Assembly: GCF_902652985.1 (NCBI RefSeq)
Contig: NC_047024.1
Location: forward strand, 36,022,001 to 36,086,000
Direction: 5' to 3'
Length of the DNA stretch: 64,000 nucleotides
DNA from: Pecten maximus
Taxonomy: Eukaryota
Each line of letters opens with the position of its first letter. Position 1 is the stretch's first letter. Of the stretch, positions 49,301-60,290 are shown in pieces. The notes beneath the pieces were generated by a model. The model did not search any database and had not been told where the DNA came from. It saw nothing but the letters and a program-made list of their open reading frames with translations. The position numbers were made by a program, and so were the translations under genes.

Positions 49301-51622
49301 CTACAATTCTTTACAATGTAGTAGGCAGTAAGTTATACCATACATATCTACAATTCTTTACAATGTAGTAGGCAGTAAGTTATACCATACATATCTACAA
49401 TTCTTTACAATGATGTAGTAGACAGTAAGTTATACCATACATATCTACAATTCTTTACAATGATATAGTAGACAGTAAGTTATACCATACATATCTACAA
49501 TTCTTTACAATGATATAGTAGACAGTAAGTTATACCATACATATCTACAATTCTTTACAATGTAGTAGACAGTAAGTTATACCATACATATCTACAATTC
49601 TTTACAATGATGTAGTAGACAGTAAGTTATACCATACATATCTACAATTCCTTACAATGTAGTAGGCAGTAAGTTATACCATACATATCTACAATTCTTT
49701 ACAATGTAGTAGACAGTAAGTTATACCATACATATCTACAATTCCTTACAATGATGTAGTAGACAGTAAGTTATACCATACATATCTACAATTCTTTACA
49801 ATGATATAGTAGACAGTAAGTTATACCATACATATCTACAATTCTTTACAATGTAGTAGACAGTAAGTTATACCATACATATCTACAATTCTTTACAATG
49901 ATATAGTAGACAGTAAGTTATACCATACATATCTACAATTCTTTACAATGTAGTAGGCAGTAAGTTATACCATACATATCTACAATTCCTTACAATGATG
50001 TAGTAGACAGTAAGTTATACCATACATATCTACAATTCTTTACAATGTAGTAGGCAGTAAGTTATACCATACATATCTACAATTCCTTACAATGTAGTAG
50101 ACAGTAAGTTATACCATACATATCTACAATTCATTACAATGTAGTAGGTAGTAAGTTATACCATACATATCTACAATTCCTTCCTATGTAGTAGGCAGTA
50201 AGTTATACCATACATATCTACAATTCTTTACAATGTAGTAGACAGTAAGTTATACCATACATATCTACAATTCATTACAATGTAGTAGGTAGTAAGTTAT
50301 ACCATACATATCTACAATTCCTTCCTATGTAGTAGGCAGTAAGTTATACCATACATATCTACAATTCTTTACAATGTAGTAGGCAGTAAGTTATACCATA
50401 CATATCTACAATTCCTTACAATATAGTAGACAGTAAGTTATACCATACATATCTACAATTCTTTACAATGTAGTAGGCAGTAAGTTATACCATACATATC
50501 TACAATTCTTTACAATGTAGTAGACAGTAAGTTATACCATACATATCTACAATTCTTTACAATGAAGTAGGCAGTAATTTATACCATACATATCTACCAT
50601 TCTTTACAATGTAGTAGGCAGTAAGTTATTCCAAAGGGATTTGACCTTTTAGCTGCAGTTTTGGAAGAAAATGTTGAATTGTGAAAGAAATTTCCAGGAG
50701 TACATTGCAAATGTTGGAAATTTTGCTTAAATATGAAAGATTTTCAACTGGGAATGGCCTAAATGAGACTCACTGATTATTAGCCCAAAACAATAAAACG
50801 TCCTCGGAAAAAGCCTTGTACTATTATATGCTGAACTGATCTGCAGATAAATTTTACCTTCTGGCAACAGATGCGTATTGTGTGCTTCCAGAATATGCTT
50901 GTATCTGTACCTGCCTCCACTGAAAACAGGAGTTGCTTCCCTTTGTGGTCAGTGAAGGTTGTAGTTCTGAAAAATTTCAAAAAATCAAAACAATCTAACT
51001 GTTCTATTTATTTTTCAAATTTTTCAATTACTAGATTAACAAACCATTACAAGATACTTATAAAATTTGACAAACAAAGGTTCTAACAAGTTTCAAATTA
51101 GTGATAAATGTATCATAAAAAAAAACATGTACATGTTCTTCAGCCAGTTCAGGTTGGTAAATAATGATATATGTATGGTCAGGGACATATAATAAGATTA
51201 TACACTATTATACGTCCCTGGTATGGTATATGGTAAAAGTAAATGTTGACAGTCGCTGAAATACCTCAACATATATATCGAGGCATTGTAATTAATGGAA
51301 CAGGGACAGGGACAGGGAGCATTAAGAGCAACCAAAGAAACAGTTCAGATGATAAACATCAAAAGAAATTTGTTTAAACCTTTAATCGCCCAACAGCTTT
51401 CGTACAGCAGGATACCATGCTGTAATGGTTACACTTGAAAGGCAGATGTTGTAATGTCTTGGTTTTATCAACTTACAGTTCATTGATGTCCTTGACAGAT
51501 TGTATAAGATCATCGTAGGACAGTTTGGCTATCTTTGTTATGATCCCCAAATGTAATTTCAGCTTTCCATGGACGAGTCCCACAGTCTTCTCTGGGTCGG
51601 GAAAACTCTTTCCCTGGCCCAT
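43157..51622 (-). CDS. RNF141: RING finger protein 141 (C3HC4 RING E3 ligase, N-myristoylation motif), 236 aa
   Basis: complement(join(43157-43319,43726-43839,47249-47427,50858-50966,51477-51622)), 711 bp, all GT-AG. MGQGKS..LSYDDLIQSVKDINEL..LLFSVEAGTDTSIFWK..IESSRILKLRQYIEVY..ECCICMENKSEIILACNHKFCESCIDQW..TCPICR..WVLTEKP..GQP parallels human RNF141 along its whole length as recalled. Confidence 0.93.
43726..43839 (-). CDS. RNF141: RNF141 coding exon 4 (RING N-half)
   Basis: 114 bp, ECCICMENKSEIILACNHKFCESCIDQW. Confidence 0.93.
43854..46827. repeat. 49-bp satellite in RNF141 intron, ~3 kb
   Basis: ctgttcactaaggcactgtcaaaggctacccagacattcaataaatcta, ~60 copies. Confidence 0.98.
47249..47427 (-). 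CDS. RNF141: RNF141 coding exon 3
   Basis: 179 bp, VNTRLNLIESSRILKLRQYIEVY. Confidence 0.92.
47605..47825 (-). mobile_element. V-domain SINE, second copy
   Basis: Near-identical reverse complement of 5649-5869; TSD ctcattgt(g/a)aga. Confidence 0.9.
47948..50629. repeat. 47/50-bp satellite in RNF141 intron, ~2.7 kb
   Basis: tagtagacagtaagttataccatacatatctacaattctttacaatg(atr), ~55 copies. Confidence 0.98.
50858..50966 (-). CDS. RNF141: RNF141 coding exon 2
   Basis: 109 bp, KQLLFSVEAGTDTSIFWKHTIRICCQK. Confidence 0.92.
51477..51622 (-). CDS. RNF141: RNF141 first coding exon (exon extends to acceptor at 51663)
   Basis: ATG at 51622, donor gtaagt, MGQGKSFPDPEK..DINEL. Confidence 0.9.
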
Positions 51623-51799
51623 CTTGTGAAGGCTAGGACACCATTACTTTCATTAAGAAAACTCTGTAAGAAAAACAAACATACAAATAAATCCTTCGTT
51701 TTGTTTTGGGTATTTGGTCTTTCAGATGCAGAGTTGTCTCCTGAATCTAGGAAACTGACAGAGACAACAAATACTTGTCCTGTAATTCTGTTTTAAATT

Positions 51800-53050
51800 T
51801 GATGATGTGCATTAATTATTGCTCTTTTGAAAGCCTCACATTTTTTGTCATCTATACACTGGTATGATTTATACAACGAATGCTTGTAAGAGGTTTAAAA
51901 GTTTTGGTCACAGTTTTTCCATTACATTCCATGTAATGTAGTTGTCAAAAGTTTTAAGTTCTAATACTTCTCTTCGGTCGGCGTTTTATCAAATGTTCGC
52001 CTAGAGGTATGGTTAGTATACTACCACCTTGTGCATAAAAGTCACTGTTTGTTGTTTTATGCCTAGTCTGAAGTTTTGGTAGTTTCTGGTCCTCTAACAA
52101 TCTGTGTGATACATCCCACCTCCAAAGTCAATATTGTTGCTGGCTGCAAGCTTCTAGTGCAGTCATTCTTTTAGCTTGTCAATTTCTTTTTGGCTGTATG
52201 GATCACATAGTTTGGTTTGTTTGGTTTGTTTTTGTAACGTCCTATTAACAGCCAGGGTCATTTAATGACGTGCCAGGTTTTGGAGGTGGAGGAAAGCCGG
52301 AGTACCTGGAGAAAAACCACCGGCCTACGGTCGGTACCTGGCAACTGCCCCACGTAGGTTTTGAACTCGCAACCCAGTGCCTGTGGTGGAGGGCTAGTGA
52401 TAAAGTGTCGGTACACCTTAACCACTCGGCCACCGTGGCCCCTGATCACATAGCATGCACAGTACTTGAAGATGGAATACACAAGGGATGTATATGCATT
52501 GTTGTAGATGGACAATGCTTTAGGTTTCTCTTTAGGAAGCCAAGGGTTGAACTAGTTTTTTGTGATGTTCAAAATGTGATAGTTCGATTTGAGGTCATCC
52601 GAAACGGTAATTAGTCCAAGATTGGGATTGGTTTCCTCTTATTTCATGATTTGTACATCAAATGTATAGAATGTGTAGATGTTCTCCTTGTTGTCATGAT
52701 ATAACATTAGAGTAAAACTTCATTCCCCAATTGCTTTTCTGTTGTTTAATGCAGGTTGATCCTCTTGTAGTAATTGATGGTCACTGTATCGAGTGATTTC
52801 TCTGTAAAGTTAGGCATGCAATCATCACAGAGATGTACAGACAGTACTTTGAAGCTCACAGACTTATAGGTCGTTAATATGACACAAGAACAGCAGGGGC
52901 CCCAGTTCTGTTCTTTTGGGGTATCTGTACTCCAAAATTCTTGGAAGAATTCTTCTTCAAGGGCTGCTCTCATCTGACTTTATGATGGTTGAGATGACAC
53001 TAAATTCTTTCCAGTCTAAAGGTTTATGATAATGTGACAATACATGTGTA
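51800..53050 (-). mobile_element. Decayed non-LTR retrotransposon (CR1/L2-like) RT 3' fragment
   Basis: The - strand reads LGPLLFLCHINDL* (about 52904-52863) then LCDDC and TLGFLKRNL-type segments with stops and frameshifts; boundaries approximate. Confidence 0.75.
52211..52443 (-). mobile_element. V-domain SINE, third copy, inserted in a LINE relic
   Basis: Same family with a 6-bp insertion; 10-bp TSD gatcacatag. Confidence 0.9.
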
Positions 53051-53159
53051 AAAGGAACAAGTAGGTTTTGTTTGTATAATGTTTAAACACTGTCTCATAT
53101 CTCCAGCATGAATCTTTGGTGCAGGTAGCTGTTCCTCTACAAAAATTGCTTATTAAAAT

Positions 53160-53250
53160 GCTATGGCTCAGGAGGTATCACGCTGGAGATCTGGGTTCGA
53201 TTCCTGTCAGCACAAATACACATGTTTCCCACTATTCCTTCATTGGCTCC
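53160..53250 (+). mobile_element. Degenerate tRNA-derived SINE head
   Basis: A-box-like tggctcaggagg and B box gggttcgattcc, no cloverleaf. Confidence 0.35.
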
Positions 53251-53361
53251 GCTTCTGATAGATTAAATTCCACAGTGGTGGTATTCAGAGTCTACGTTGA
53301 GATTATTGAAAAAAAGAAGTATAGGCAGACCCTGGCTAGTGTAAAACTGTCTTAGTGTAGG

Positions 53362-53845
53362 GAGTAATGTCAAAGAGTCTCACTGTAGTCAGTGGTGTCA
53401 AAGAGTCTCACTGTAGTCAGTGGTGTCAAAGAGTCTCAGTGTATACAGGGCTTTTTCTCACTGGTTTGGGAAAGGGCCTTTTTGTCTCATTTTGGGAAGA
53501 AAATTGGTGAATTGGGAAAGATTTTTCCAAGAGTAACCTACAAGTTTTGGGAATTTGGTTTAAATATGAAATAATTTCAATTGGGAATGGGGCCCTTTAA
53601 CGGCCCCAAAAAGGCCCCAGAAAAAGCCCTGGTATACATAGTCAGTAGTGTAAAAGAGTCCCATTGTTGCCAGTAGTGTAAAAGAGTCCCATTGTTGCCA
53701 GTAGTGTAAAAGAGTCCCATTGTTGCCAGTGGTGTAAAAAAGTCTCAGTGATGTCAGTGGTGTAAAGATTCGCATTGTTGCCAGTAATGCCTAAGAGTCC
53801 CAGTATAGTCAGAAGCGTAATAGAGCCTCAGTATAGTCAGAAGTG
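53362..53845. repeat. Degenerate ~29-bp tandem repeat interrupted by a hAT-like MITE
   Basis: gtagtgtaaaagagtcccattgttgcca-type units on both sides of 53446-53631. Confidence 0.75.
53446..53631. mobile_element. hAT-like MITE (CAGGG termini, 5-bp TSD gtata)
   Basis: cagggctttttct ... agaaaaagccctg; a related truncated copy lies at ~50630-50818. Confidence 0.7.
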
Positions 53846-54016
53846 TATGTTTCTGTTTATTTCTGAGAAGTGGAGTAAAGTTCAATGACAGCTAAAAACA
53901 GTATTTCATAATCGCCCAAATGGTTTGCACGCTAATTTTCCAATATTATCACATCAAATATATATATACCAAATAAATTGATTTCTAAGTCGGCTCTCCG
54001 TGTTCATAATGGATAC

Positions 54017-54283
54017 CTGAAGAAACCTTGACTAAATAACTTACATGTTGAAGTTTCAGTTGTCTGTATTTACCATTACAGTCCCTTCCAACGCAGATCA
54101 TATGTATAGTCTAGAGGTGTTCCTTCGAGACATTAGGAACCTCTTTACAGTTTTCCCCCGAAACACTTAGTGTGTGTGAAACGTCATCAACTTGGGTGTG
54201 TACTATTCACCGGAAGCTAAAATAATCAACAAGCCAACCAACCAGGTAGAGATGAAAGTCGGAAGATAAGGAATCAGGTATGT
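54017..54283. promoter_or_regulatory. Probable bidirectional promoter with non-coding first exons of RNF141 (-) and an unidentified + strand gene
   Basis: Outward-facing donors: - strand gtaagt at 54044-54039 and + strand CAG|gtatgt at 54277/54278. Between them, a CRE half-site ACGTCA (54181), ETS-type CCGGAAG (54210) and local CpG enrichment. Confidence 0.55.
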
Positions 54284-54978
54284 ATTTGAGTTTTAAAATC
54301 CTGTAATATTGATTTGTTGTATCGAGTTTGACTACCAGATGATAGAATAGCCAGAGATCTTAGCAAGGCGATGGAGAAGAAACGATCTAGAGCTTTAGAC
54401 TATTGAAAACTACAGCACTCTACCTGTCCGATTGCCGACGACATCCTGTGGTTTATGTAGTGGTGATTGGGTGTAATATTGTGTCATAGTTTGGACGATT
54501 GGTGGCTATTACTCAATTAAAGATGTCTAGACACTTTTGACATACCACCTGTTTGACATCTATATATTAGAGTGTGTGTACACACTTGTCATGTTTACCC
54601 GATCACAGAGACACATATGTGGACATGGATGTGATGTTTTTATTATTATTAAAGAATATTTATTTAAGAATATCAGCTGAATATGCATATGGCGAGTAAT
54701 ATAACAAAGAATACGAATAGTTTTTTAATAATCAAAAGTGTAAAAGAATAACAAATTGTGGCCTAGCTATGATTTTAAGTCCACTAGATATATCTACTTC
54801 ATTGTTATTTTTATAAACTTTTGAAATTATAATCTTCTGATTGTTATAAAACAATTTATTCAGAGCTCTTCATGTTTCTTGCTATATTTAATAATAATCA
54901 TCATCAAAACATCACACTTTTGTTCACAAGTACCTTTGACCCAGGTACCATGCATTCATCTCTTCATGTTCCAGTCAT

Positions 54979-55531
54979 CGGCAGAACGATTTACCCAAAA
55001 ACACCCCAAAAACATCTCACAACATCAACACATTACATGCAAACGTCATTAGAAAATGATATGTATATATTAACATATCATAGTTAGGCTATTGATACCT
55101 TCTTTTGTTGACTTATCGGCGAGTAGGGTTATGACGGCGAGGGAGATAACTCTGTTTTGTTATCTTGACCGATATCTACATACTAAAATAATTATGAGTA
55201 ACTATATATATTTGTGCCAATTCATTGGCAATTCACCTATATCATAATTGTTGTGGCATACTATGTACTGAATAAACATGATATCAACTGGATACGTATA
55301 GTTCTTTCCATGTGGTCAGTTTTTATTGTATGACTGTTTGTAAGAGTTATCTCCCTCGCCGTCAAAACCCTACTCGCCGATAAGTCAACGAAAGAAGCTA
55401 TCACTGTATTTGATGTGTTGATATATACATATTAATTTCTAACAGTGTTTCCATGTACTGTGTTGATGTTGTGAGATGTTTTTGGTGTGTTTGGGTAGTT
55501 TTTGGGTGTTTTTGGGTAAATCGTTCGACCC
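54979..55531. mobile_element. Foldback MITE with ~170-bp imperfect TIRs
   Basis: gaacgatttacccaaaaacacc..ggcgagggagataactct versus its reverse complement at 55343-55526; flanked by (c/t)cagtcat. Confidence 0.8.
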
Positions 55532-57265
55532 TCAGTCATTGCTTTTGTAATGTATTTAATGAAAGTAAATAAGATACAACATTGGAAATCCCTTGGAAAG
55601 TCAATATGGTCCCGATGTTGTCAGACGATTTGTTCATTTATGATTTAATGAATAAACTGAAAATAAAGCATTTGAAGATTTTTGATTTCAATGTTTTTGA
55701 TTGAAAACTGCTTTAAAAAAACAATGGTTTCAAAAGCAGTGATTTAAGAGAAAAAAAAAGTATAGGTCACACTTAATTATGAAACAAAAGATTTTGTGCA
55801 GAGCTAGAATCATAACTCTTTCAACTTTCTCATGTAGTTGACTCTTACCTTATACTCCCCACCTTATACTTTGTTGATATGTTATATTGGGATCCAGTGG
55901 GCATTGTAATAATAAATAAATGTTCAAAATATGAAAAAGATACTTAAGTTTAAATTGTCTTATTAATCTAGAACAAATTAAATTATAAATGATCACTCTA
56001 ATAAGCTTGATTTCTCTGTGTAAAAATTTTTCATTAGGTGAAAAAAAATCATAGAAAAAGACTGTGTTAACCATTTTATTTTACTCTTTTTTTCAATCAT
56101 TGATCAAGCATTGAAAGGGGGAAGGGGGCTGAACCCTGAGCATGGATACTGTTATGTCCTTTCTTAATTTATATTGTTTAGAGTTTTTGTTTGAATAAAG
56201 TGTGTGTCGCCAAAATGAAATTTAATAGGAAATACATCATTTTCTCAAGTAGTAAAAGTTTTAATCCTTTGATTTATACGACAGTTTTACTCTCAAGGGA
56301 AACAAAAGTGCTTCTAGTATTAAATCATAAAAATTCTCAATTCAACCAGAAGTATCACTAATTACCGCAAAGGCAGACAGTATTTGTGTATTAAACGTCA
56401 TTTTTCTGTACATTTCAGCGTTACTTTCATTACTGATAGGCTTAAAAAACTATTATAATACTGATTCGGGCATTGATTTTATCAATAAAGATTTTGCATG
56501 TTTCTGATGTCCTAATAAAGGAATGCCTCTTTAATAGAGGTCAAGAATATTTGATATTGAAAAAAATTGGAAACTTGTATTTGTGTCATTCTTTTTTGTG
56601 CTTTCTGCTTCATAATCATATTGATAAACAATGTATCATTCTTGTAATGCCAGTGTATGTAAACAAATCAACAAAATCGTCCATATGGTACTGCCCAGTT
56701 ATCAAACACTGCCTGCTTCAGTCTCGTGATTCAATGGTTCCATACCACAGATAACGTACCTACTCATCTCATGTAAACAACTAGCCTAATTAGGAAACAA
56801 AGACTGTGTGTACATAGTATTAGTGTTATCTCAACTACACAGCTAATCCATAATTGAAGTGACCACAGGGAGGGGCTCCAGTGTTTACACTGTGATTTAT
56901 ACTGGTGCACAGGTAACCTGTATTACCTGTGGGCGTCCACCTGTCCATCATGCATTAGTTTGGACCTGGTACATTCCTGTGTGTAACTGTATATACCTAT
57001 CCATTACACATGTAGGGCTGGACTTAAACTTCACACATCCTCTATAATTGTATTAGTGTGTATATTCCATGGGAAAACTGTGCCTGGATACATTACTTTG
57101 ATTTGGATCTGTCAAACGGACCTGCCTAAGGATATTTATAACTGCATGACCCTTACACTGGTCAAGTCTTCAGTCATTTATAAAATGTGATGTTAGATGG
57201 ATATATTCATCTGACCAGAGAGTGAACCACATATATTTAACAGGTACATAATGTATGCAAAGAGT

Positions 57266-57645
57266 CAGGGGTCAACATTTGCTTTTCTCATCGCTAGCAA
57301 TTCATTTCGTGTGCTTAAAATTTCCACTAGCAAAATTAAATTTTGAACTAGCAAACTTTATAGTAGTGTTTTCATTAATTTTTATACAAAGTAAAGTAGC
57401 GAAAATACAGGAATTACACCACTTATCGGAAATATTTCATTCGTCGTAAAATCATAATTTCTAATTTTGGTATCAGTCTATTTTCCACACATATTTTCAC
57501 TATTTATGCTTGTATATCACATATATGAACAGATTGTCAGGGAAAACATAATTGCACAAATTTGCAAGTAGACAAAAGTTCGACTAGCATTTCCTGCAAT
57601 TTGACTGGCATTTTATTTGTTATTAAGAGTTTATTTTGAACCCTT
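57266..57645. mobile_element. hAT-like MITE (degenerate CAGGG termini, 5-bp TSD agagt)
   Basis: agagt-caggggtcaacat ... attttgaaccctt-agagt with repeated ctagca subterminal motifs. Confidence 0.55.
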
Positions 57646-58157
57646 AGAGTGAACATGTTCTCATTACTTTTGATTACTGCATTACTAAATCAATCAATCA
57701 TTAATGCGTTAGAGACATACTTTCCAAGAACACTTATGTGCTACAGTATATGTCGCTGTTACTTCATAATGTATGTATTCTTCATTCAGGTTTTATTCCC
57801 TATTTGACAGTATCAATTAATAACAGATTTCAGCGGATATTACATACATTAATTGATTTTAATTGATATATTTTTTTTTAGGAAAATATTTAGAGTACAA
57901 TTAAGAACATCTTTGGGTTATTATCTTATATACTATCTTTCCTTGTTTTATTGTGTTTTCACTTATAAATAAATGCTGTTGAATTACATCTGTAGTCTGC
58001 AATATACTGAAAAATAAGGTATTCAGTGAGAAGTAAATACATTTCATAAGTCCTGATTAATCTTGTTTGTGGTTACCCTATAGTCTATATACCTGACGTC
58101 GACTGTAGAACAGATTAATTAATAGAACTGAAAAGAAAATAATGATGTAAGATGAAA

Positions 58158-59056
58158 TAGTACTTATGGTAGATCAATACATTTTACAGGAATACTACAG
58201 TACTTAGGGTAGATCAATACATTTTACAGGAATATTACAGTACTTAGGGTAGATCAATACATTTTATAGGAATATTACAGTACTTAGGGTAGATCAATAC
58301 ATTTTACAGGAATATTACAGTACTTAGGGTAGATCAATACATTTTACAGGAATATTACAGTACTTAGGGTAGATCAATACACTTTACAGCAATACTACAG
58401 TACTTAGGGTAGATTAATACATTTTCATTTACAGCAATATTACAGTACTTAGGGTAGATCAATACATTTTCATTTACAGCAATATTACAGTACTTAGGGT
58501 AGATCAATATATTTTCATTTACAGCAATATTACAGTACTTAGGGTAGATCAATACATTTTCATTTACAGGAATATTACAGTACTTTGGGTAGATCAATAC
58601 ATTTTCATTTACAGGAATATTATAGTACTTAGGGTAGATCAATACACTTTACAGGAATATTACAATACGTAGGGTAGATCAATACATTTTACAGGAATAT
58701 TACAGTACTTAGGGTAGATCAATACATTTTAAAGGAATATTACAGTACTTAGGGTAGATCAATACATTTTCATTTACAGGAATATTACAGTACTTAGGGT
58801 AGATCAATACATTTTCATTTACAGGAAATATTACAGTACTTATGGTAGATCAATACATTTTCATTTACAGCAATATTACAGTACTTAGGGTAGATCAATA
58901 CATTTTCATTTACAGCAATATTACAGTACTTAGGGTAGATCAATACATTTTCATTTACAGCAATATTACAGTACTTAGGGTAGATCAATACATTTTCATT
59001 TACAGGAATATTACAGTACTTATGGTAGATCAATACATTTTCATTTACAGGAATAT
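58158..59056. repeat. 40/45-bp minisatellite tacagtacttagggtagatcaatacatttt(cattt)acaggaatat
   Basis: ~21 copies. Confidence 0.96.
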
Positions 59057-59944
59057 TTTGCCAGTATGATAGCATCACACCTGGAAAGTTCAAAACATTC
59101 TGTGAGAAGATTTATAAGCAAAGCTCTGGGGATTTCTCCTCCTAAGTAAATAAAACACTCCATTCAGCTAGGTACCTGGTTGTTGTTATCTGATTAAGGT
59201 AGATTAAGGTTTGATGGGATTAGGTTGACAGGTAATTGGATTCCATTACTGGTGTTTACTGCCCACTGTCTCTTTATTGAAATATAATACTATCAGCTTA
59301 TGGTAATTATTTTGGTCCCAGACTGAAATTATATCTATAACTATTAACTATTAATAATAATAGCTGGTACAGGCAGAGATATTTTTATCAAGATAGAAGT
59401 ATATATATGTAGATCATCTATTTAAGTAACTATTTTTACTATAATGTATTCATCTGTATAGTGCTTGGTGATTATTTGAATGGAAATGTTGGATTAATTA
59501 TTCATCAGTATACTGTATTGCCTGCCAGATGAGTGACAATGTACCAAGATACATCATTATTCATAGACATTAGACTGCCACACTCATTTAATTGTGAATG
59601 CATAATTCAATTATCTGATCTCTTCATAAAATAAAAAAGATAGAAGTTATATATCATAATTAAAAAAGGTAGCTGAAAGAATGAATAACATCTGTATTTT
59701 TGGACTAATTTTTAAAAGAAAATTATGAACAAACAAATAGTGTTATTCAAAAGTACTAGAAATAAATGGTTAGCAAAATTGTATTGCTGAAGTCACCATA
59801 TATAGTTCACCCTCAAATGTAGTCCTTATCCCCCAATCTCGATCAATCTTGGCCCCTTCCACTTATCATCTCCATATTCATCCTACCCATTATAAGCTTT
59901 CAAGAAATGTGATACTAATCAAAAATTATCTCAGGTGAAGATAT

Positions 59945-60290
59945 CCGCGGTGGTGCGAGGTTCCACGAGGTGGTGCGAGGTTCCCCGAGGTGGTGCGAGG
60001 TTCCACGAGGTGGTGCGAGGTTCCACGCTCCTTACCCATGTCACTTCCTACCCATGTCACTCACTCCCCATGTCTGTTTGTGTTTCTCGGGAAGCTGAGA
60101 AACAAATCAGTCTGTGCTGTCGTGGTTATGTCCTTGGAAAGACACTTTACCCTAATTGCCCTAGATGGCATGCGACGGGCCTACAGTATTTTGTTAAGTG
60201 GGGTAGTCACCTACTACTACAGGGAGACCCCCACCTCAAACGAACCCTTGCTTTTACTGGGTGATAAACCCAGCAAACAAAACAAAAAAG
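59945..60290 (+). mobile_element. CORE-domain SINE-like element with 20-bp tandem repeat at the 5' end
   Basis: gtccttggaaagacactttaccctaattgc CORE-like segment, A-rich tail, four copies of ggtggtgcgaggttccacga. Confidence 0.55.

Noticed and set aside
52746-52973. 75-aa Cys-containing ORF
   Set aside because: Frameshifted LINE reverse-transcriptase relic.
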